In this document: piece by piece, positions 23,524 to 34,885 of the stretch
Position numbering within the stretch: the stretch's first letter is position 1
Layout: the number at the start of each line of letters is the position of its first letter
From: Longimicrobiales bacterium
GTDB lineage: Bacteria; Gemmatimonadota; Gemmatimonadetes; Longimicrobiales; Gaopeijiaceae
Direction of reading: 5' to 3'
DNA length: 64,000 nucleotides
Assembly (NCBI GenBank): GCA_965219445.1
Contig: CBDCNQ010000002.1
Coordinates: forward strand, 224,001 to 288,000
Made by a program: the position numbers and the translations under genes
Notes under the pieces: model-generated
What the model saw: only the letters and a program-made list of their open reading frames with translations
What the model was told of the DNA's origin: nothing
Databases searched by the model: none

Positions 23524-25688
23524 AGGATTCCGCTCCCCAGACGATCAGCCTCCAGGAGATAACGGCGGCTTTGTGGAGAGGCCGATTGCTGCTCGTGCTG
23601 GGGCCGACGTTGGGTGTGGCCCTCGCGCTGTCGCTTTCATGGATTCTGCCGCCGCGTTATGAGGCTTGGACGACGGTCGTGCTCCGCGACCGACTTGAAT
23701 CGGGGGGCGCTTCAGCGTTGGGTGGCGGATCGGGGCGTGGGGGGGGGTCCAGTCGAGGGGGATCGGGGGGACGAGGGCCGGCGTCAGGGGGTGGCGCCCA
23801 AGGGCTGGGGAGCCTTCTTTCTCTGCCTGGTATGTTCGGTGGTGGTGTTTCGACCGAAATCGAGATTCTGGCCAGCAGAGATCTGGTTCGCCGCATGGCA
23901 CGCCAGATCGGCCTTCCCGTGACGCTTCTCAGACCACGGGGGCTTCCCGCCGATTCGCTTTTTGAATCGATCGAGATCGTGGGGGCGATCGGGAAGCGGG
24001 GTATTTATCGGTTCACTAGGGAGGGATCAGGTTTCCGTGTGAAGGGGAGCTATGGAGTGGACCAGACGGTGGAACCGGGGGCTCCTCTGGAGGTCCCGGG
24101 TGCCGTATTGAGACTCCGTCGGACGCCAATTCCGTCCTCCTTCAAGATCAGGGTGGAGGATCTGGAAGAGACCGTCGAACGCATCGCCCGCCAAAGTGTT
24201 CTCGATAGGATCCTTCAGGGGAGCGCAGCGGAAGTGTCCGACGTCGCCCGTGACATTGGCGAGGTCGTCTTCAGTGCCCGGGACCGGTGGACGGCTGCTG
24301 CTGCTGCCAACACACTCGTCGAACTCTACCTCTCGGACCGGGAGGGGCGACGCGGTCTCCTTCAAGCAGAACGGGAGGCACTTCTTGCACTTCTTGCCGA
24401 CAGCGTGGCGGGCGAGTCGGCACAAGCCGTGACTTCTTATCGTGAGTACCAGGAATCCCGGGCAAGATTCGACCCCGACCGATTGGGAGACGTGGAGCGG
24501 GTGGTCCTATTGCGGACGCAAGCCGACGCCCTGGGCATGGAGTTGGGCGTGGTCGACCGGTTGCTCGAAGGGAGTGGCAGAGATTCTCTCTCAACCAGCA
24601 TCATCCTTGGAACTCCATCGCTTGCCCAGAATGGGGCGCTACGGAGCCTGCTCGATCGCCTCTACTCGGTACGCGCCCAACGCTCCAGCCTACTGGAGCT
24701 GAGAACAGAGCGCGACTCAGAGGTTCAGGCACTCGACCGGAGCATCGAGTTCCTCATGGAAGAGTTGGAGCAAATGGTGGTGGTTCACCAGGCGTCGCTG
24801 CGAGAGCGCCTGGCGGAGCTGGGATCGGAACTGGAGGAGTATCGCGACGCTCTTTCGACCCGTCCGGCCGACGACGCCGCGAATTTTTCTCTCCAGGGAG
24901 AAATGGAGAGGCTCACAGGCACGTTTGTGAGTGTGCAGGCACAGTTGGTCCAGGCTCGCCTAACGGCGATAGGCCAGGGGCGCGACCTGCGTCAAATCGA
25001 TGTCGCCATGCCTCCGAGAAAACCTGAGTTCCCAAGGCTACCGGTGAACATCTTGCTCGGGATTCTCGTCGGAATGTTCGTGGGGGTGTCAGGAGCCCTC
25101 CTTCAAGGGGCGGTCACGAATCGGGTCTTCGACGCGAACCAGCTTCGCGCTGTAACGGACCTCCCCGTGGCTACGACAGACGCGTCCGGCTCGCTTCTCC
25201 TCATGGGACTGGAAGAAGTGAGAAGCGTCGTGATCGTGCCACTTGGTGAGGCCGCCAGCGCCACGAACGTGGCCCGGTGGCTTGCACAAGCCATCGCCGT
25301 TAGCTCGGGGCGGGCGTCGTTGCTCAATCTGGCCAATGGCGTCGGCGCACCGGCGGTTCCTTCGCCAGAGCACCTCAGGCTTATCGAGGCGGGGCCAGAA
25401 AACGCTTATCACGAACTCGTCCCGGAGGCAGTGGAATCCGGAGTTACGGGTGTCGTTCCGCATAGCTGGGCCCAGTCTATCGTGGACCTCGAGGAGCGGG
25501 AGGGCCCCCTCGTGATAGCAGTGTCCGGGTTGGGTGCGCCTCTGGCTCGCACCCTACTCGATCCGGAACGCCCGGTCATCTTGAGCCTGGAGCGCGGCGC
25601 GTCGGTCCTTTCCGACGTTGTGGAGGCTACCACGGATTTGGAGCGCTTTGGCTTTACGGTCGCCGGAATCGTTTTGACACGGACGTAA
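23520..25688 (+). CDS. Polysaccharide co-polymerase (Wzc/GumC-like)
   Basis: N-terminal TM, TEIEILASR, coiled coil, IDVAMPPRKPEFPR followed by TM; C-terminal kinase-like domain is degenerate. Confidence 0.8.
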   Translation: MKDSAPQTISLQEITAALWRGRLLLVLGPTLGVALALSLSWILPPRYEAWTTVVLRDRLESGGASALGGGSGRGGGSSRGGSGGRGPASGGGAQGLGSLLSLPGMFGGGVSTEIEILASRDLVRRMARQIGLPVTLLRPRGLPADSLFESIEIVGAIGKRGIYRFTREGSGFRVKGSYGVDQTVEPGAPLEVPGAVLRLRRTPIPSSFKIRVEDLEETVERIARQSVLDRILQGSAAEVSDVARDIGEVVFSARDRWTAAAAANTLVELYLSDREGRRGLLQAEREALLALLADSVAGESAQAVTSYREYQESRARFDPDRLGDVERVVLLRTQADALGMELGVVDRLLEGSGRDSLSTSIILGTPSLAQNGALRSLLDRLYSVRAQRSSLLELRTERDSEVQALDRSIEFLMEELEQMVVVHQASLRERLAELGSELEEYRDALSTRPADDAANFSLQGEMERLTGTFVSVQAQLVQARLTAIGQGRDLRQIDVAMPPRKPEFPRLPVNILLGILVGMFVGVSGALLQGAVTNRVFDANQLRAVTDLPVATTDASGSLLLMGLEEVRSVVIVPLGEAASATNVARWLAQAIAVSSGRASLLNLANGVGAPAVPSPEHLRLIEAGPENAYHELVPEAVESGVTGVVPHSWAQSIVDLEEREGPLVIAVSGLGAPLARTLLDPERPVILSLERGASVLSDVVEATTDLERFGFTVAGIVLTRT

Positions 25689-25690
25689 TC

Positions 25691-27055
25691 GTGGCCCTGC
25701 AGGCTTTCGATCTTCGCCCGCGTACACGGTCCGCGGACGGAACGGTTCGTCATGAAGTGGGGGCGAATCGAGGAGTCCGAATCGTCGCCCTCCTTTCCTT
25801 CTCGATGTTCACGATGGTGGTGGGTCAACTCGGGCGCGTCCCACTCCTGAGTGCTGGTGCGAAGGAGGCTCCCCTCCTCGCCAACGATGTGGCGGTGGTC
25901 GTTGCCGTCGTGGCCGGCCTTTGGCTGTCGTTGAGAAATCGCGATCTCCGACTGGACGCGGTCACGCTCGTTGCCCTCGGCTTTGCGGGGGTGGGTGGCC
26001 TGTCGGCGTTGATGTCCCTTCCGCGCTTCGGCCTATCTGGGTTCGAGTTGGCGTTCTCGCTGGCTTACCTGCTTCGTTGGGCCGTCTATTTGGGACTCTA
26101 CGTCGTGGTGATCGACACGCTAAGCCCACGGGACGGCCGAGAGTTGCTCAAGGTCTTCGAAGGGGCCGTTCTGGTGTTTGCCGTTTTCGGCATCCTTCAG
26201 TCCATTTTTCTGCCCGGTTTTGCACAGATCGTGTTCCCCGACGCCGAACTGTATACGCAGTGGGACCCACAGGGCCGGCGCCTCGTGTCGACGTTTCTCG
26301 ATCCGAATCTGGCCGGTGGGCTGATTATGGTGGCTCTGTTGCTTGCGTGTGCCCGACTCGTATCTGGGGAGCCCGTTCCACTTTGGAGGCCTGGCTTACT
26401 CGTGGCAGCGCTCGTGATGACCATGTCTCGAAGCTCCATGCTGGCTTTCGCGGCTGGGTTGGCTGTCATGGCCCTCTTGGTTCGCAGAGTCACGTGGAGG
26501 GCGCTGGCAGGATCCCTGCTGGCGATTGGGGTTGGTCTCATTGCCGCGCCCTGGCTGTTGCGGATGGCAGACTCGTTCGACAGGCTTTCGCTGAACGACG
26601 CTTCGCTCCTGACTCGCTTCGTGAACTGGAGCCGGGCATTAACCGTCCTCGCAGACCACCCCATCGTGGGGGTGGGGTTCAACACGTATGGCTTCGTTCA
26701 GCTTCGCTACGGTTTTGCCGATCTGTCGCAAAGCGCCTTCGGCCTCGACGGGGGCCTACTGTTCATCGCAGTAATGACAGGTTTTGTCGGTGTGACCCTC
26801 TACAGCACCGTCTTGTTTTTGGTGTTACAGGCCTGCACAAAACTATGGAGTGGCGATCGTTCATCGAGCGATGGTTCATCGGTCATCGATGGCGCAGTCG
26901 GGCTTGGGGTCGCCGCTGCCACCGTGGGGCTGGTCATCCATAGCCTCTTCGTAAACAGCATCATCTACCCGCCAATCATGCAGAGCATGTGGATCCTGTG
27001 GGGAATCGTGTTCGTTCTGAATCACCACTCGGGGCCGGGTGAGGTTCCCGTTTGA
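25691..27055 (+). CDS. O-antigen ligase / Wzy-like polymerase
   Basis: Multi-TM protein; RLVSTFLDPN, TMSRSS, HPIVGVGF. Confidence 0.8.
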   Translation: MALQAFDLRPRTRSADGTVRHEVGANRGVRIVALLSFSMFTMVVGQLGRVPLLSAGAKEAPLLANDVAVVVAVVAGLWLSLRNRDLRLDAVTLVALGFAGVGGLSALMSLPRFGLSGFELAFSLAYLLRWAVYLGLYVVVIDTLSPRDGRELLKVFEGAVLVFAVFGILQSIFLPGFAQIVFPDAELYTQWDPQGRRLVSTFLDPNLAGGLIMVALLLACARLVSGEPVPLWRPGLLVAALVMTMSRSSMLAFAAGLAVMALLVRRVTWRALAGSLLAIGVGLIAAPWLLRMADSFDRLSLNDASLLTRFVNWSRALTVLADHPIVGVGFNTYGFVQLRYGFADLSQSAFGLDGGLLFIAVMTGFVGVTLYSTVLFLVLQACTKLWSGDRSSSDGSSVIDGAVGLGVAAATVGLVIHSLFVNSIIYPPIMQSMWILWGIVFVLNHHSGPGEVPV

Positions 27056-28164
27056 GGATTCTGATCGACGCGCGAATGCTGAACGCGGGTGGTATCGGAC
27101 GCGTTGTTCGTGCGGTCAGTCAGCGGTGGCTCGCGGATTCACGTGTGCGTGAGATCCACTTTCTGGGATCCCGTTCCGAGATCGAGCGGTGGCTTCCCAC
27201 GGTGGACGCTCGTGGCATCGGGACCGTAGTTCGGTGGCCGGGTTCGACCTACTCCGTCATGCGCCAGGTTGCCTGGCCTTTCGTCTTTTCCAGGCTGAGC
27301 AAGAAGGTGGACGTTTGCCTCTTCCCCCACTATAACGCTCCGATCCTCGGCCATCCCGCCCGTTCGGTGGTGATCGTACATGATCTGATCCATTTCCGCT
27401 TCCCGTCCGGGTTCCCTCTGAGAGTGAGGGCCCCCGGGCGCTTTTTGATGAGATCGGCGCTTCACAAGGCCAGTCGCCTCGTTACGGTATCGCAGCACTG
27501 CCGTGATGATATCGTCCGGTGGAGCCCGAGCACGGCGGACAAGCTCTCGGTCATCACGCCGGGCTTGAGTGAGGTGTTCCGGCCTCTAGAGGAAGGAGAG
27601 CGTGCGGACGCTCAGCAGCGTTGGGGGGGGTTGGGACCGCTCCTGCTGACGGTTGGGCCGACTAAGCCGCACAAGAACTTGGAGTTGGCTGTCGAAGTGC
27701 TGGCGGAAGTCCGGCGGGTTCAGCCCAACCTGAAGCTCATCATGGTCGGGGCCGCGGGACCGGGACTCCGGGACCTTTACCGGAGGGCTGCCGCGTTGGG
27801 TGTGGAGGACGCCGTGGTCGGCCTCGGGTTCCTAAGGGATGAGTATCTCCGTGAGTTGTACTGTATGGCCGACGCGCTCCTGTTCCCCTCCAAGTACGAG
27901 GGGTTTGGTATTCCGCCGCTCGAAGCCATGGCGTGCGGCTGTCCGGTGGTCGCTTCGAGTTTGACGTCGATACCGGAAGCCGTTGGGGACGCCGGTTGGC
28001 TTGTGGATCCTGGGAATAAGGAAGAGTGGGTACGGGCGGTGACGGAGGCAGTTGTCGAGTCAAGGGGGCAGCGCTTGAAGGCTGGCCGCCTTTGGGCATC
28101 GGGATTCTCTTGGGATCAGACCGCTGAGAAACTGCTCGAGGTGGTTGCGGCGGTAGCGGCGTGA
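27052..28164 (+). CDS. Glycosyltransferase family 4
   Basis: [39 protein letters not shown]. Confidence 0.9.
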   Translation: MRILIDARMLNAGGIGRVVRAVSQRWLADSRVREIHFLGSRSEIERWLPTVDARGIGTVVRWPGSTYSVMRQVAWPFVFSRLSKKVDVCLFPHYNAPILGHPARSVVIVHDLIHFRFPSGFPLRVRAPGRFLMRSALHKASRLVTVSQHCRDDIVRWSPSTADKLSVITPGLSEVFRPLEEGERADAQQRWGGLGPLLLTVGPTKPHKNLELAVEVLAEVRRVQPNLKLIMVGAAGPGLRDLYRRAAALGVEDAVVGLGFLRDEYLRELYCMADALLFPSKYEGFGIPPLEAMACGCPVVASSLTSIPEAVGDAGWLVDPGNKEEWVRAVTEAVVESRGQRLKAGRLWASGFSWDQTAEKLLEVVAAVAA

Positions 28165-28289
28165 GCTCATAGGCTCACCCTCGCACTTAGAGTTGGACGG
28201 AGATTCCACCGATCCGACTCGAAATCCCGATTCAGGTTCCAGGTCACCGTAAGGCCTCCGGTCCACTCCCAGCGACCCTTGAACCAGAT

Positions 28290-29113
28290 TGACCTGCCCC
28301 CAAGAGTGGTACCACATCCTATGTTAGTCCCAGCACCTGTGGAGGGCCGTGAAGGACGGGCATCCTCAGGAACCAGGGCGAGGGCTTAATCGCCTCAGGG
28401 GCCGGGGGAAAGCCGCCGCAGGCGCTGTGGGGTCGGACGGTATTGTACTCGCGCCTCCATTGCTCGACCAGCACGGCCGCCTCCGCCAACGAGTAGAAGA
28501 TCTCCCCGTTCAACAGCTCGTCCCTGAGCTTGCCGTTGAAGCTCTCGTTGTAGCCGTTCTCCCACGGGCTGCCCGGCTCGATAAAGAGCGTCTCGACGCC
28601 CACGCGCCCCAACCACCGCCGCACGAGCTTCGCGGTGAACTCCGCAGTCCGTTGTCCGACCTCAGATACTCGGGAGGCCCGTGTCGGACGAACAGATCGG
28701 CCAGCACCTCGAGCACGTCGTGGGCTCGGATCTTGCGAGCCACCACGATCGCCAGGCACTCCCTCGTGTGCTCGTCCAGCACTGTCAGCAGCTTCAGCGC
28801 ACGCCCGTCGTGCGTCCTCGAGGCCACGAAGTCGTACGACCAGACGTGGCCCCGATACAGCGGCCTCAGCCGGATGCACGATCCGTCGTTGAGCCACAGC
28901 CGACCTCGCTTCGGCTGCCGCTGCGGCACCTTCAGCCCCTCCTGCCTCCAGATCCGCTCCACCCGCTTGTGCTTCACCCCCCAGCCCTCGATGCGGAGCA
29001 TGTCCGTGACGCGTCGGTAGCCGTAGCGGCCGAATCGACTCGCGAGTCGCACGATATCACCTCGGAGCGCCCCCTCGTCACTCGCCACTTTCCTCGCCCG
29101 GCGCTGGGTCGGC
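28290..29113 (-). mobile_element. IS3 family element, orfB (frameshifted) plus right IR, 5'-truncated
   Basis: RYGYRR, KRVERIWRQEGLKVP, WSYDF; same right end as 14320. Confidence 0.9.
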
Positions 29114-29114
29114 T

Positions 29115-29420
29115 GTGGCTTATATTTTATAAGTCATTGTTGTTATGATATATATGACGTGACATCAGACTACCATTCCCTCATTACACCCCTCTTTCGA
29201 AACGGGAATCCAGTGGACTGTAGCGGAGGTTCGCGGACGAGCGGTCTGCGAACGCAGACAACCTCGCTGCCTCGCGAAGCGCCAGTGCACCCCGATCGGC
29301 GTAGGCCGTCGGACGAGTCCGCATTCCGCCGATGTCGACGCAAATTGGCGAGCTGCCGGGGAGGAGGCGAAGGAGCGAAGCTCGCCGGAGGGCGGGTTGT
29401 CGATGGCCCCCGTCCCTCTG
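29115..29420 (-). repeat. Recurrent integrative-element end (att-like, AT-rich terminus)
   Basis: Homologous to 1922-2070, 3549-3697, 43930-44103 and, more divergently, 4570-4700. Confidence 0.75.
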
Positions 29421-29454
29421 TCATTGCAAACTGTCAGATGATTTCCGTCTCAGA

Positions 29455-29682
29455 TCACTCGGCACTACTGCGGCTCGCGGCGATCTGTTCTCGGATCCAC
29501 GCATCCACTTCGGACTCGATCCAGCCGACGGCGCGCGCGCCTAGCCGGATCGGTTGGGGAAAGCTCCCGTCGGCCACCCGCACGTAGATCGTGCTCCGCG
29601 CCAGCCCGGTGCGGGCCTGCACTCGAGGTAACCTCAGGACGCGGGCGGGCGCGTCCATGCCCTGTTCCATTGCTCTCGTCAT
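29455..29682 (-). CDS. alpA: AlpA family regulator / recombination directionality factor
   Basis: VLRLPRVQARTGLARSTIYVRVADGSFPQPIRLGARAVGWIESEVDAWI. Confidence 0.9.
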   Translation of the reverse strand: MTRAMEQGMDAPARVLRLPRVQARTGLARSTIYVRVADGSFPQPIRLGARAVGWIESEVDAWIREQIAASRSSAE

Positions 29683-30129
29683 CGGTCTGCCTCCGTTCTG
29701 TTCGGTGAAGAATTCCGGGGCGCGTTGCCCCGGGAGGGAACAGGGGCCACATGGGCCCGGCGGCAGGCTCGATGGACACCGGGACTTAGGTAGGCGGCGC
29801 CGGCGAGCACCCAGGACGGAGCTGACGCACCGGGTTGAGATAGCCCACCGCCTGCAGGTCGAACGTCGACGGCTTCAGGCCCGTGCGCTCGAGGGATGCA
29901 CCCACTCGCGATTCGAAGTGCTTCGTCAGCGTCTCCATGGCAGTCAGGGTCGAGACCCGGCATATGAGGACCCGCTGATGCACTGCGGCGCGTGGCCGAG
30001 CGCGACCGGATGCCGCCTCGGAGGGTGCTTCCAGCGAGTCGAGGGCCGGCCGACGGATCGCGGCGAAGGGCTGCACCGCGGTGCATTGACATCGATGGCT
30101 GGCAGGGCGGCCAGTCCGGGCGGCCGCGA

Positions 30130-31269
30130 CTAGTGCTGTGTAGCCAAAGTCTCTTTCGCTTTGCTGACCTTGGCGATGATGGATTGTGCAGAGGCGGTCC
30201 AGACAAAGGGTGTGGGGTTATCGTTTCTGCGATCGATGTAGTGGTTGATCGCCTCGATTAGTTGGTCCACGCTGGTGACGGCGAGGCGCTTGAGCTGACG
30301 AGTCGTGAGTTCGCTGAAGAAGCGCTCGACGAGATTGAGCCAAGAGGATGAAGTGGGAATGAAGTGGAAGTGGACCCGAGGGTGTTTGTCGAGCCACGCC
30401 CTGACGGCCGGATGCTTGTGGGTGGCGTAGTTGTCGAGGATCACGTGGATGTCGAGTTCGGAAGCCACGCTGCGCTCGATCTTGCGGAGGAACCGCAGAA
30501 ACTCCTGATGCCGGTGGCGCGGCAAGCACTCGTGGACGACCTCCCCGGTGGCTACGTCGAGGGCAGCAAAGAGTGTCGTCGTGCCGTGACGTTTGTAGTC
30601 ATGGGTCATGGTTCCAGCGCGCCCCTTCTTGAGGGGAAGACTTGGCTGGGTGCGGTCGAGGGCTTGGATCTGGCTCTTCTCGTCGAAAGCGAAGACAACG
30701 GCCCGCTCCGGGGGATCGACGTAGAGACCCACCACGTCGCGCAACTTTTCAACGAAGTGAGGATCAGTGGACAGCTTGAAGTACTCGATGCGGTGGGGCT
30801 GTAGTCCATGAGCCCGCCAGATCCGCGAGATGGTGGTCGGATGGACGCCCACTTCCTTGGCCATGAGACGGCAACTCCAGTGCGTGGCGTCTGCGGGCTT
30901 CTCCTCGAGGGTCTTGCGGACAATCTCCGCTTCGTCGTCCGGAGTGATCTTGCGGGGTCGACCCGAGCGTGGTCGGTCCTCAAGCAGCTCTTCAACGCCA
31001 CCTGCCTCGTACCGGTCGAGCCACTGCGTGACCGTCGGCCTCGATACGCCCACCTCCCGGCAGATCGCCGACCCCGACCGTCCCTCGGCAGAGCAGAGAA
31101 CGATGTTGGCCCTTTCGACCACGCGTTGCGGTGTGGTCCGTTTGTTCACCAATCGCTCCAAGCGCCTGCGTTCTCCTCGGCGCAACCGAATCCTACGCAC
31201 TGGAAGTCCCATGCGAGGAATCTATCGCATGTATCTATTATGCAAAAAATTTCTGCTATACTACACTAG
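30130..31269 (-). mobile_element. IS630 family element (transposase 30130..31212)
   Basis: [54 protein letters not shown] at both ends. Confidence 0.93.
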
Positions 31270-31443
31270 AAGCTGACACCACAGGGGAGCCATGAGATGT
31301 TTCGACCGCAGGATCGAACCGGGCCTGCGGCCGGCCGCGCGACAAAGCCGCGCTGGCCCACCGCATGCGGGACGGCCATCGCCCGGAGTACGACGCTCGC
31401 AAGGACACCCGGCGCGCCGGGGACACTACTCGTCCGCCGGCGC

Positions 31444-31895
31444 CTACCAGCCCACTGTGAGTCGGCCCACCAGGCTGTGGTCGGCGTCTCCCCGGCCCAA
31501 GCTTTCGCGGCGCTGGGCGTCGAGGCCGAACTGGAAGCTCATGGCGCCACCCTGCACGACAGCCAGGCTGTAGCCCAGCCGGTAGTCGCGCCCGTACTCG
31601 GAAGTCGTGACGCCGAACCTCGGGGTCCCCACCAGCCGACTCCCGACCGGCAGCGCATAGCCGAGCTCGGCGTCGAGGCGGTCGCCCGATCCCGGGCCTC
31701 CTGCCCCGAGCCCCTCCATCGTATCGCGGCCCCAGAGTGCGTCGGCACCGCTCATCGCCTGACCGCCCCACGAGGGCGCGACCCGCGCCGTGAATCCCAG
31801 CGGTGTCTGTGGCGTCGGATCGTAGCTGAACGACACCGACACGCCCCGTTCCCTGAACCCTTCGTCCTGATGCACGAGCAGCGTCCGCACCCGCA
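31444..31895 (-). pseudogene. C-terminal beta-barrel (autotransporter-like) fragment fused in frame to an IS3 remnant
   Basis: Amphipathic strands ending in terminal W (RLDAELGYALPV...GTPRFG...LVGRLTVGW). Confidence 0.6.
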
Positions 31896-32352
31896 CGGCC
31901 GCCTCTGCCAACGAGTAGAAGGTCTCCCCGTTCAACAGCTCGTCCCTGAGCTTGCCGTTGAAGCTCTCGTTGTAGCCGTTCTCCCACGGGCTACCCGGCT
32001 CGATAAAGAGCGTCTCGACGCCCACGCGCCCGAACCGCCGCCGCACGAGCTTCGCGGTGAACTCCGGTCCGTTGTCCGACCTCAGATACTCGGGAGGCCC
32101 GTGTCGGACGAACAGATCGGCCAGCACCTCGAGCACGTCGTGCGAGTAGTACGTCTGCTCGGTGATGCCGAGCTCCCGGCTGATCAGCTTCACGGATTTG
32201 CCGCGGGCCAGACCGACCTCTGCCTCCCGCAGTGCAGTGATGATCCGCTCCGGAGTGTGTCGCTTCCTTCCCATCCTGACCTCCTCGCTGAAAAGCTTCA
32301 GACCAGGTCCATCCTAACATTGCACCTGGTCTCGTTTCAGGGGGTCAGGTCA
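31896..32352 (-). mobile_element. Internally deleted IS3 remnant (left IR, orfA start fused to orfB core)
   Basis: MGRKRHTPERIITALREAE...GITEQTYY joined to SHDVLEVLADL...RSDNGPEF; left IR TGACCTGACCCCCTGAAACGAGACCA. Confidence 0.85.
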
Positions 32353-32953
32353 ATTCCCCGCAACACTTTCCGCGAGGGCCGATGGTCGGCTGCAGCGGGT
32401 ACGACGCGGGATCTAGCAGCGATACCACGTACCTCGGTCGATTTGCCGCGCGTGGATGAACAGCAAACGGAACAATGGTGGAGATAACCCCTTCAAGCGG
32501 CTTCGATCTGGTTACCGGCGGATCAGGTGATGAGAGAATACCTTCCATCTATTCGTTCGGTGGACCCAGTGGCTGTCCATAACGCACTCATGATCGCGCA
32601 CGCCTCAACACAAGGAGGAACGTGCCCAAGTACCTCTTTGCCGATCGAAACGACCTCGTCCAGGCACTTCTTCTCGTGGGCGAAGTCCGCGTAGCGTTGC
32701 GCTTCAGCCGTCGAATAGGCATGGCGAATGTGAGGGAGCAGATCGTCCTTCATGTAGTTGTATCGGACCCGGTTTCTTGGACAACTCGGCGGCCTAAACT
32801 AGGCCGCCTGTGACGTCAGCATCCGCCTCGTCATTACCGGCTCGGGCCAAAGTCCCGCTCCGGCCCGCGCTGCCGTTCCCGCGCCTGTTGCTGCTGCTTC
32901 TGTTTGGGACGGGGCTGCGGCAGGCGTTGTGGCTTGCTCATTGACGAAGACTA

Positions 32954-33493
32954 TTACGCCTCTCCCTTTCGACACTTCTCCCTTGCCTCGGCGATTCCAC
33001 GGGCTGCCCCACTGAGATCATACCGGAAGATCGCGTTCCCTTCGGGAACGAGAGGAACCTCCAATTTCAACTCCTTCCGCTTCCATTCCACCAAGTGCTT
33101 CATCGTTTCCTCGACTTTGACGAAGTGAATGAATCTCCCATTTTCCACAAAATAGGCTTCCTCGGGCTTGGATCGTCCGCTCCACTTGGCCCGGAGCTTC
33201 TTTGTGCCCAAAAACCCCTCATCCCACCGAATTCGGACCTGACGGTCGAAGCCAATATAGACCTCTCCGTGCTTACCCGAGCACACGAAAGAAATAAAGC
33301 TCTCGATGCCATGTGAGCGAGCAAGCGGAGACCGGGCATACCAGGACACTTCGTCGGACATTTGATCGACGCGGTTGGAGATCGTCCATTCCGTCTCTTG
33401 CCCTTCGAGGTAATAGGCTGGAGCGATGAGGAAAAGCACAACGAGGCATGTCAACTTGAGTGAGCGTACGACAATGCTCATGAGGCCCACCAC
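32954..33493 (-). CDS. Exported hypothetical protein
   Basis: Signal-peptide-like N-terminus followed by WTISNRVDQMSDE; lower GC than flanks. Confidence 0.6.
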   Translation of the reverse strand: MVGLMSIVVRSLKLTCLVVLFLIAPAYYLEGQETEWTISNRVDQMSDEVSWYARSPLARSHGIESFISFVCSGKHGEVYIGFDRQVRIRWDEGFLGTKKLRAKWSGRSKPEEAYFVENGRFIHFVKVEETMKHLVEWKRKELKLEVPLVPEGNAIFRYDLSGAARGIAEAREKCRKGEA

Positions 33494-33743
33494 GGCCCGC
33501 GCTTGGTCAGGGAAACCGTGACTGTGCCTGCCAAGCCTACGAATGTCGCCGCGATGGGTTGAGTCTTTAGCTCGGTGGCCACCGGCCCGCCCATACCGGA
33601 GAGGGCATCACCGATCGGAACCAACTCGCCGCGTTGACGCTGCATGCCTTATTCTCCCATGCGGGCCAGACACCCTGACAGAGCCTCTCGGCAGCCGCCG
33701 TCACGCGATCCGCGCATGGGCTTTGCTCGGCCCGCAGGAACGC

Positions 33744-34292
33744 TCAAGCGTGAATGGGGTTGTCGCGATTCGTCCATTCCATGAACCAACAACGACCTGG
33801 ATAATGCCATGACGGATAATTTGAGATTCGGAACACGAAACCATAGTCGTCAGCAAAATCATTGAGCTGATCCATCTCTTTATTTAGTAGCCATGGGTAG
33901 GGTTGTGAGATTGCAATTGCTGGCTTCCCCGAGCGATTCCATATCGAGGCGTGATCCCATGCAGGTGGTGTTCTAGGCCAACTATCTGGCGGCGTGTCCC
34001 CGTAAGAACCCTTAGGTGACGACGCACCGACTATCTTCCACCAGCATCGAACCGTTTTTCTGGAAAGCTCGACACCAAGCGGATCAGCCCAATGCTTCTG
34101 CAATGTCCGCCTTGACCTCTCTACGCCCTTGTTTCCTTCCCCCACCGCATTTGCCACAAGAACTTGATCCACGCTCAAGTTCTCAGCACTAAACACTTGT
34201 GTATTAGCATCATTCAGAAATTGCCCCAAGAACTCCTTGCTTGCTCGACCCAGTGGGGAAACCTCTGAAAATCTCTCGCCTTTTCTGAACAT
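33744..34292 (-). CDS. Hypothetical protein (low GC)
   Basis: 182-aa ORF with WDHASIW...ISQPY and SWHYPG. Confidence 0.55.
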   Translation of the reverse strand: MFRKGERFSEVSPLGRASKEFLGQFLNDANTQVFSAENLSVDQVLVANAVGEGNKGVERSRRTLQKHWADPLGVELSRKTVRCWWKIVGASSPKGSYGDTPPDSWPRTPPAWDHASIWNRSGKPAIAISQPYPWLLNKEMDQLNDFADDYGFVFRISNYPSWHYPGRCWFMEWTNRDNPIHA

Positions 34293-34468
34293 TTCTATCG
34301 TCTCCGGTTGCCAGAACGAGCCACTCGCGTGGAGGGCATGGCAATACGTCGGGGGGCGCTACCCTTAACTGGGAGGACTCCAACCAAGACGCTGATTAGC
34401 TCAACGCTCATGCTTCTTCCTCCCAATCCGTCTGCCCCATTCTCTCACGCCCCCTGAGCAAGACCAAA

Positions 34469-34760
34469 CTAGCGGCTGGGGCCATAGTCCCGCTCTGGCC
34501 CCCCGCGTTCCGGCCCACGGCGCTCCCTGGTTTGCCTTGCCGTCTCTTGCCTAGCCCACTCCACTTGCCTAGCCTTCTCTTGTTGGCTGGCCTTCTCCAC
34601 TGCCCGCCTCATCTTCTCGTAAGCCAGCTCTCCGTCGATCTCCCGCACCTGCTCCAGCCGCTCCTCCAACATCGAGTCCTTGATCCTGTACCATTCGACA
34701 GGACGACTACCGTAAGAACGCAGTAAGAGCCCGTCCGTCCGCGCCGCCCCCCGCGCCCGT
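34469..34760 (-). pseudogene. Mobilisation/relaxase-like C-terminal tail
   Basis: Charged coiled coil ending RERRGPERGGPERDYGPSR*. Confidence 0.4.
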
Positions 34761-34885
34761 TCAACGTCGAGCTTCTGAGCATCGAGCCGAGCGCGACGTC
34801 TGCAAGACATAGAATCAGACACGGGATACGACACACTGCGGCGCGCGCCGGACGGCACCCTTGCCCGCCTGTCGCAAACGACCGT

